64,000 bases of DNA from Candidatus Hermodarchaeota archaeon (GTDB lineage Archaea; Asgardarchaeota; Hermodarchaeia; Hermodarchaeales; Hermodarchaeaceae): NCBI GenBank assembly GCA_016839805.1, contig JAEOTO010000033.1:14242-78241 (forward strand), written 5' to 3'. This document shows, one piece after another, positions 58,601 through 64,000 of the stretch. The notes below the pieces were generated by a model that saw only the letters and a list, made by a program, of their open reading frames with translations, was not told the origin of the DNA and searched no databases. The stretch's first letter is position 1; each line of letters opens with the position of its first letter. The position numbers were made by a program, and so were the translations under genes.

Positions 58601-58862
58601 TTCTTGGCCTACCACCTCGCTTCATCATTTTGGTGTGGAGCACATGAAAGATGATTCCACGCTTGTCTTCATTAAGAAGCAAGGTCCTATGGGTGAACTC
58701 TATCAGGGTATCCTTGGTCAAGAGGTGATAATGATTAATAATGAAGATTACCTCAATGTGGGACCCCGGAGCTCAAATGAGCAAACTAGTTTCCTTGTTG
58801 TATCAAAAGAACCATGGGAACGGGCTGAGGACTATGCAATACTCGAAACATTAACCCTTTAG
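55632..58862 (+). CDS. Large GNAT-family acetyltransferase with long beta-rich C-terminal region
   Basis: FRKKGYGKAL and TWAGN..AVPAYKRAGF in the N-terminal ~170 aa. Confidence 0.8.
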   Translation: MRKVRDFTPADAEGLAKCINESEGGWPGGLTSGVQHTVEHVMEDYQRQVKLTWLIAVDERNQVAGISTLHPRFEDQEAAYLGFLNVSDAFRKKGYGKALLIESVERVRALGYKRLFLGTWAGNLNAVPAYKRAGFYWRPDTDVWMDNYIPTVLDLPITKTFFQKHNWYDSFVRKIEIEPDDMKHRGLHVYELCWQEDADSLRIMVDRESRGITLIETNDLFVECWVADPEPALGLPIPVEWTIRNKDATTPLHCKLKVTLPKGFQLLESPSPQVTVQPDETVALKGVIQGSVTVVPPIEEKAALAVKSQIMLGEIPVQFETGLRVKHPIEVSTIPTSLWCRPGTDYTLDIAIKSNLKSSAQGTLKLRIPKSLLIKQKQFELSLSPEGYSGVSIETSVDPNLKTIALPIRMHANLQVNGQPIRTRTETVYLHCLNRGGVLVTPFDDKRRLQVHTEQLHFSINLAKGAHIDRLTNKLTKREHLRSHCRESLGPPFWPSEQMQTHFKHDIHQPSDEITSIRTWMECKRFPELTFSKIFIISGNSDVLRINYGFENTNSTKTHEFKLWVSSMPGSWDNLHVIPLKDGILRAEFIEGEFFATDRELPKKREEWAETWYCAERPHKGEVTAILCSPEIFYEASGITFINFQLQVPPVSPKTQVHLPPLYLVCGIGTWQHMRQLWHQLYSTKPESEIPELPVYDAVDVRIETQPPLFDAQKELTVPIQVRHLVHRPLQGHLRLKAPKGWRIIPRTYKFKDLTRDNPLMLPITLTATTKEEINPDILSVHAQVQTPLTDYGFDLPIILQGKPGRVTISTTREHNQNIYVIDNGTYQLKVAAGFAGSVIALINKATGTNYLKSSFPEAGPLAWFNPWYGGIRFEPFPSSQPGWFPTKLDKESWSVKRFQRKGWQGVTISTKPGKKEIKLKGFKLELQVLTQPFSNIFALIGRVKNLTKAPRQIRHRIKASLPAEGSPAGIQTVIPRATTTYHRRTGLAHSWPTTSLHHFGVEHMKDDSTLVFIKKQGPMGELYQGILGQEVIMINNEDYLNVGPRSSNEQTSFLVVSKEPWERAEDYAILETLTL

Positions 58863-58886
58863 CATTAACTTGTTGAGAGAAAGCGG

Positions 58887-59744
58887 TTAGCTATCAGTAT
58901 GTGAGTAGAAATGATACCATCGTTCGATTGTGGATTCAAGACGAGGATCGGCTTTCACCATATATGGAGCTGTCGGCGAGGTATCCTTGTTTTCAAGTGC
59001 TTTCATAAGTGAATACTTTTTTTGTAGTTGGTTTTGAATCCATGTTTCTAACGCTTTAAAATAGGTCAATTGTATCTTGATTTCTTCTTTATCACAAAGT
59101 GGGCCATGACCGGGTACAATCGTTTCGATTGGCATTTCAAGAATCGTCGCAAAGGTATTCATCCAGTCAACAGGATTATTGGTGGGGTCACCTGCATAGG
59201 GATATTGTTGACAAAAAACTAAATCGCCGGCAAAGAGGATGTGTTCTGGTTTAAAGAAAACCATGGAATGACCAGCTGTATGACCACCAGTATGTGAAAT
59301 TACTATCTCCTTCTCTTTCCCGAGAACCATGGATTTTTCAAAGGTTTGGGTTGGGGAAATTATTTTGAGATTTCTCAGTTTGTCCCTAAATTCAGGTTCA
59401 CGCTGAGAGTAGTATTTGACCATTTCTTTGAGACCTGAAGGAGACCAACGTTCCTTTAGTAGTTGGGTGTACATCGCAGCCATTGCTGAGCTAGCGATGA
59501 TTCGGGAATTCTTGAATTCTTGAGCACCAAAGACATGGTCGGAATGGTAGTGCGTGAGAATGACATCCGTGATTGGTTTCCCAACTTCTTGAAGAATGAG
59601 TTCACGGAATTCCTTCGCGATAGGTGGCGTCATACCTGTATCAATAACAACCACGCCCTCTTGTAGTCGAATGCAACCGACATTTCCATATGTTGACCCG
59701 TCAACTACAGCCCAAGCTGACTTACTTACCTGTTTGAGCTTCAT
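58887..59744 (-). CDS. MBL-fold metallo-hydrolase
   Basis: IDTG, THYHSDH, GHTAG, AGDL and PGHG. Confidence 0.92.
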   Translation of the reverse strand: MKLKQVSKSAWAVVDGSTYGNVGCIRLQEGVVVIDTGMTPPIAKEFRELILQEVGKPITDVILTHYHSDHVFGAQEFKNSRIIASSAMAAMYTQLLKERWSPSGLKEMVKYYSQREPEFRDKLRNLKIISPTQTFEKSMVLGKEKEIVISHTGGHTAGHSMVFFKPEHILFAGDLVFCQQYPYAGDPTNNPVDWMNTFATILEMPIETIVPGHGPLCDKEEIKIQLTYFKALETWIQNQLQKKYSLMKALENKDTSPTAPYMVKADPRLESTIERWYHFYSHTDS

Positions 59745-59872
59745 TAGGATCGTCTCCTGCGTGATTGCTTTGGTGGAATAGAGGCATTTAACGCAATTTA
59801 TGTTATAGGTTTTATAGTAAGGGAGAAAGATGTTAAGATAGCTATGTATTCAGTATTTGTTCAGATTAACTC

Positions 59873-60328
59873 GTGGAGATATCAGCAATGTCGAGAGTTG
59901 AGAAAAACCGCCAGCCATTCAAGCTGCAAATAATGGATTTGCTTTTACAAATTGGTGTACCTGCAGGTATTGCGGATGAAGTAGCAAGTGAAGTTGTGAA
60001 AGAGTCCAAAAAGGATACGTCAATTGAGATCATTCGGAACATGACACTGGATAATCTCAAAATGCATGATGCGGTTGCAGCAAAGAAACTTGCCAAACGA
60101 TTTGAGTATGTTGAGCAACGTTTAATGGATGTGCCTCAGAAAGAAGGTAGCCCAGCAGGGAAAATCTATGATGAGGAAGGACTAGACGAACTCTTAGAAG
60201 ATGATCAGATTACTGCAGCGGAACTCTTTTTCATGGCAGGGCGAGAGGGGCGCAGCTGGCAACGAAAAAAAGACCACCGGGATAGCGGATCAACCGAGTT
60301 AGCTCGCGAGGAATACTATGAGGACTAA
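59873..60328 (+). CDS. Hypothetical protein, ATP-cone-like N-terminus and acidic C-terminus
   Basis: PFK...LLQIGV...ADEVASEV...SIEIIRNMTLDNL resembles an ATP cone. Confidence 0.5.
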   Translation: MEISAMSRVEKNRQPFKLQIMDLLLQIGVPAGIADEVASEVVKESKKDTSIEIIRNMTLDNLKMHDAVAAKKLAKRFEYVEQRLMDVPQKEGSPAGKIYDEEGLDELLEDDQITAAELFFMAGREGRSWQRKKDHRDSGSTELAREEYYED

Positions 60329-60761
60329 TCACTCCTCATCAAATGAGGAGCCAATTCCTGTTATTACCCTACCAGAAGAGGCTATTCCCAAATCATGTCT
60401 TCGATTGTTTATAACCACTATTGTTACAATTTTCATCGTTATCCTAGTCTTCATTGATCAGGGTCTTGGATTGTGGCCCATTGGATACTATTGGACTCTT
60501 TTTGTGGCAGGTCTAATCCTCAGCCTTTGTGTGATTAGATTAGTACTTTTGTTGAATTTACGCTGGCGAAGAGTAGGCGAAGAAACATGGCTGGAGAGAA
60601 GGGGAGAAGAAATCGGCTGGCCCCTCATGATACTTGCCTTTACGATACAGTTTGTTTTTCCCCAGATCCGTCCGTTTCTTCTTGGGGCTATCCTTGGAGG
60701 AAGCTGGCTGATCGTAATAAATAGCATTATCGAAAGAAGAATCCCTAACATTGGATTGTAA
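60318..60761 (+). CDS. Hypothetical membrane protein (about 4 TM helices)
   Basis: Hydrophobic segments; start overlaps the upstream stop. Confidence 0.6.
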   Translation: MRTNHSSSNEEPIPVITLPEEAIPKSCLRLFITTIVTIFIVILVFIDQGLGLWPIGYYWTLFVAGLILSLCVIRLVLLLNLRWRRVGEETWLERRGEEIGWPLMILAFTIQFVFPQIRPFLLGAILGGSWLIVINSIIERRIPNIGL

Positions 60762-60763
60762 AA

Positions 60764-61162
60764 TTAACCAGTTTTGGTAAGCATTTCTATGATTTTAAAA
60801 AGCTCACTAGCCCGAACCGGTTTGACTTGAAATACCGTTGCCCCTGCTTCAAGAGCTTCTTTACGAACGGTTTCATCAGCACTGACAAAAATAATTTTAC
60901 TATCAGAATTGATTTCAAGCAACATTTTCGTGGCACTAATCCCATCCATTCTGGGCATCCGATGATCCATGATAACTACATCGGGTTTCGGATTTAGCCT
61001 AAGAAATTCTTGGACCGCTTCATCACCATCATAGGCAGAACCAATGACTGTATGACCTTTCACCGCAAAGAGCGCTTTGTAAACCTGGTGAAGATTCTCT
61101 TCGTCATCAACGATGAAAATCGATGCCACAGACTGCACTTCCATCTCACATTTTTCTTTCAA
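60764..61162 (-). CDS. Single-domain response regulator (CheY-like receiver)
   Basis: IVDDE, DVVIMDHRMPRMDG, VSAD and KP. Confidence 0.93.
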   Translation of the reverse strand: MKEKCEMEVQSVASIFIVDDEENLHQVYKALFAVKGHTVIGSAYDGDEAVQEFLRLNPKPDVVIMDHRMPRMDGISATKMLLEINSDSKIIFVSADETVRKEALEAGATVFQVKPVRASELFKIIEMLTKTG

Positions 61163-61378
61163 TATTGACTCGGTTTAAGCCTACTACTTCGAGCCGTATG
61201 CAAGCACTGGTAGCTATAAAATTCAGGTTTGAAGAGAATATCAACCTTTCCTTACGCATCCCCATTTTGGTTCCTTATTTCGAAAACCTATCTAAATACC
61301 AAGTCAATGATTTTTAAATAGGTTAATACGTCCATCAAAAAATCAGCGTTTTTTTTATTCTTTTGCATACATTATGTC

Positions 61379-64000
61379 CTAACCCGCATATTCTGAAGGA
61401 TTGGTATCAAAAGTTGCCTTACAATGAGCACTACAAAAATAGTAACGGGAGCCTAGATAATCACTGTATAGGTCCGTAGTTGTCTCGACGTTCAATTTAC
61501 AAATCGGATCGATGGCTTGTTTAGATGTGGGAGATTGTGTCTTTTCTTCGGCTTGGTTGGGTATTGGGACTGGTATTGGTTTGAATCGTCCTAGTAAAAG
61601 CGCATTGGTGACAACGCTAACGCTTGATAACGCCATGGCTAACGCTGCCCACTCGGGGCGAAGAACCACATAAGGATAGAGAAGACCGGCGGCGATTGGT
61701 AGGAGAATGAAGTTGTAGATTAATGCCCAAAAGAATCCTTGTCGTATTTTGGAGATTGTTTTTCGACCAAGTTGCACTGCTGTTACGACATCAACTAGAT
61801 TATCACGTACCAGGACAATATCTCCGGCTTCAACTGACAAATCAGTGCCAGAACCTAGGGCGATGCCTACATCGGCTTTTGCAAGTGCAGGAGCATCGTT
61901 TATTCCATCACCAGCCATTGCTACGATATGTTGTTCTGATTGAAGGCGTTCGATTTCCCTTGCCTTATCTCCAGGCAGTACTTCAGCTATGACTGTTTCA
62001 ATTCCTGATTGTCGAGCTATTGCTTGAGCAGTTCGTTCCTTGTCCCCTGTGAGCATTACAACATCAATACCCATTCTTTGTAATTGCTGAACAGCCAGCG
62101 CAGAGTCCGGTTTGAGCGTATCTGCGATTGCTAGAAGGGCAAGGAGTTTTCTATCTCTAGCCGCAAAGATTGTAGTTTTTCCATCCTTTTGAAGTTGAGC
62201 TATATGGGGCTCCAATTCGCCGATATCGACGTCGTTTTCCTGCATGAACCTATCATTGCCCACCTCAATAATGAATCCCGCCACTGATGCCCTAACACCT
62301 TTACCAGTAATGGAATTAAAATCGTCAATCTCTAACATCTGGATGTTGTTTTCTTCAGCATACTGCAGAATGGCAGTGCCTAGTGGGTGTTCGCTAAACT
62401 TCTCGGCGCTAGCAATGAATGAGAGCGCCTCCTGAGCATCGACATCTCCAACGGGAATGATATCTGTGACGGTTGGTTTCCCAACAGTGAGAGTTCCAGT
62501 CTTATCGAGAACCATTTTATCAACTTGTGGGATGACTTCCAAACCATCACCAGTCTTAATGAGTACACCAAGTTGGGCTCCGCGTCCAATGCCGACCATT
62601 AATGCAGCTGGTGTAGCTAATCCCAATGCGCAGGGACAAGCAGCAACGAGCACAGCGATAGCAAAGCTTAGAGCTGCAACCCAGTTAAGCTGCGGGAACC
62701 ACGGTGTATAGGTAACAAGAATAAGCCATACTGAAAACACAGCCAGCGCCAGCAAAAGAATGAATGGAACGAATCTTTCGGCAATAGCATCTGCTCTTCG
62801 TTGAATAGGAGGTTTATGAGTTTGGGCGTCTTCGACCATCTGAATAATCTGTGCAAGCACAGTATCATGCCCAACCTTTGTGGCCTGCATAGTGAGAACA
62901 CCAGTTTGGTTAATCGTCCCTCCAATAACCGAATCGTCTACTTTTTTACTAACAGGAATCGATTCGCCCGTAATCATTGCTTCATTCACAGAAGACTGCC
63001 CCTCTACGACGAAGCCATCAACCGGAATTTGAGCGCCAGGTCGCACTATAAGTAGATCAGCTACTTCCACATCATCTGTAGGAATTGTGAGTTCCTCTCC
63101 ATCCCTTAGAACCACGGCTGTTTGTGGTTGGAGATCCATGAGGGCTCGAATCGCTTGCGATGTTCGTCCCTTAGCAATTGCTTCAAGTGTTCGTCCAAGG
63201 AGAATGAACATCAATAACATCGCTGCAGATTCATAGAACGCCATTTGCCCGGGAAGCACAAAGGTGGCGGCTACTGAGTAAAAGTAGGCAACACTCGTGC
63301 CTATCATGATGAGTGTATCCATGTTCGTCTTGCCATGACGAGCAGCATTAATGCTCGATTTATAGAACGGGTATCCAGCGTAGAATTGAACAGGAGTTGT
63401 GAGAATGAAGAGAATGACAGCTGGAGTTATTCCTGGGGGTAGAACTGGGACAATGAGTTGAGGAAAAAATGAAATAATAACAATCGGAATCGTAAAAAAC
63501 AGGGCAAATACAAACCGATACGAATAATAACGAATTTCGCGTCTACGGGTCATGGCTTCCCGATCAATATCCACTATGGTTTCCGCGACAATATCAAAGC
63601 CAATCCCCTTTAGGGCTCGCCGAATAATTTTGAGTGTAACTAAGTCTTCATCATACTCGATAACGAGACGACCAGACATAGCCAAATCAGCAACCGATAA
63701 GACACCATCAATCGCTCCAACAGCCTTGGTGATGTAAGACCACTCATCTGGACGTGGGGACGGCGAAAGAGCAATGGTCATTGAGGCACGTCGAGGTTGA
63801 TATCCTGTGGAGGCTACTAGCTCTTCTAACTCCTCACGAGTAGTCTGACCAACGATAAAATCAATGGTCGCCTTCTCTTCTAACAGATTTACTGAAGCTT
63901 TGGCCACACCTTGATTTTGTACAAGTGCTTTTTCAATTGTTGCCACACAGGCTGCACAATGCATGCCTTCAATCCGCATAGAAAGTCGTTGCGTTTTCTG
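61379..64000 (-). CDS. copA: Cu(I)-translocating P1B ATPase with C-terminal YHS/TRASH domain (5' end probably just outside the window)
   Basis: GMHCAAC HMA motif, [27 protein letters not shown] and MALSS; frame is open to the window edge. Confidence 0.95.
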   Translation of the reverse strand, partial: QKTQRLSMRIEGMHCAACVATIEKALVQNQGVAKASVNLLEEKATIDFIVGQTTREELEELVASTGYQPRRASMTIALSPSPRPDEWSYITKAVGAIDGVLSVADLAMSGRLVIEYDEDLVTLKIIRRALKGIGFDIVAETIVDIDREAMTRRREIRYYSYRFVFALFFTIPIVIISFFPQLIVPVLPPGITPAVILFILTTPVQFYAGYPFYKSSINAARHGKTNMDTLIMIGTSVAYFYSVAATFVLPGQMAFYESAAMLLMFILLGRTLEAIAKGRTSQAIRALMDLQPQTAVVLRDGEELTIPTDDVEVADLLIVRPGAQIPVDGFVVEGQSSVNEAMITGESIPVSKKVDDSVIGGTINQTGVLTMQATKVGHDTVLAQIIQMVEDAQTHKPPIQRRADAIAERFVPFILLLALAVFSVWLILVTYTPWFPQLNWVAALSFAIAVLVAACPCALGLATPAALMVGIGRGAQLGVLIKTGDGLEVIPQVDKMVLDKTGTLTVGKPTVTDIIPVGDVDAQEALSFIASAEKFSEHPLGTAILQYAEENNIQMLEIDDFNSITGKGVRASVAGFIIEVGNDRFMQENDVDIGELEPHIAQLQKDGKTTIFAARDRKLLALLAIADTLKPDSALAVQQLQRMGIDVVMLTGDKERTAQAIARQSGIETVIAEVLPGDKAREIERLQSEQHIVAMAGDGINDAPALAKADVGIALGSGTDLSVEAGDIVLVRDNLVDVVTAVQLGRKTISKIRQGFFWALIYNFILLPIAAGLLYPYVVLRPEWAALAMALSSVSVVTNALLLGRFKPIPVPIPNQAEEKTQSPTSKQAIDPICKLNVETTTDLYSDYLGSRYYFCSAHCKATFDTNPSEYAG

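Noticed and set aside
1-64000. The many 60-140 aa ORFs antisense to or nested in long genes (e.g. 9459-9941, 45435-45860, 52639-53037)
   Set aside because: Shadow frames of well-supported genes with no recognisable motifs
1-64000. CRISPR array, tRNA/rRNA genes, transposases or integrases
   Set aside because: No regularly spaced repeats, cloverleaf/T-loop signatures or recombinase motifs were seen by eye

Overview
A gene-dense archaeal chromosome segment, very probably from an Asgard archaeon. Supporting markers are a two-domain gelsolin, a longin-type protein, a V4R/TRAPP-like protein, Cdc48, H4MPT/F420 enzymes and TFB fragments; the lineage within Asgard cannot be fixed from sequence alone. 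Most genes are metabolic or housekeeping: tungsten AOR, a 2-oxoacid:ferredoxin oxidoreductase operon, scattered fwdA/B/D, cofE, an mptN-like ligase, mobA, H+-PPase, sdaAB/AA, arsM, copA and ECF transporters. No tRNA, rRNA, CRISPR array or transposase was recognised. Five things stand out. (1) Four paralogs of an uncharacterised ~470-aa double-wHTH/Lrp-like regulator lie at three loci, each facing a long divergent region with hairpins and/or tiny ORFs. (2) One such region is a two-gene cassette (27641-28253) enclosed by ~200-nt structured 5' and 3' RNAs, with a 10-codon uORF. (3) A co-oriented Cdc48 / PH-like / SPFH / V4R run sits next to IFT52-like and NPRL2-like genes. (4) An ECF transporter carries molybdopterin-oxidoreductase-like domains. 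(5) Two genes apparently start at ATT or ATA and were missed or truncated by the ORF caller. All family calls come from motif recognition by eye; no database searches were run.
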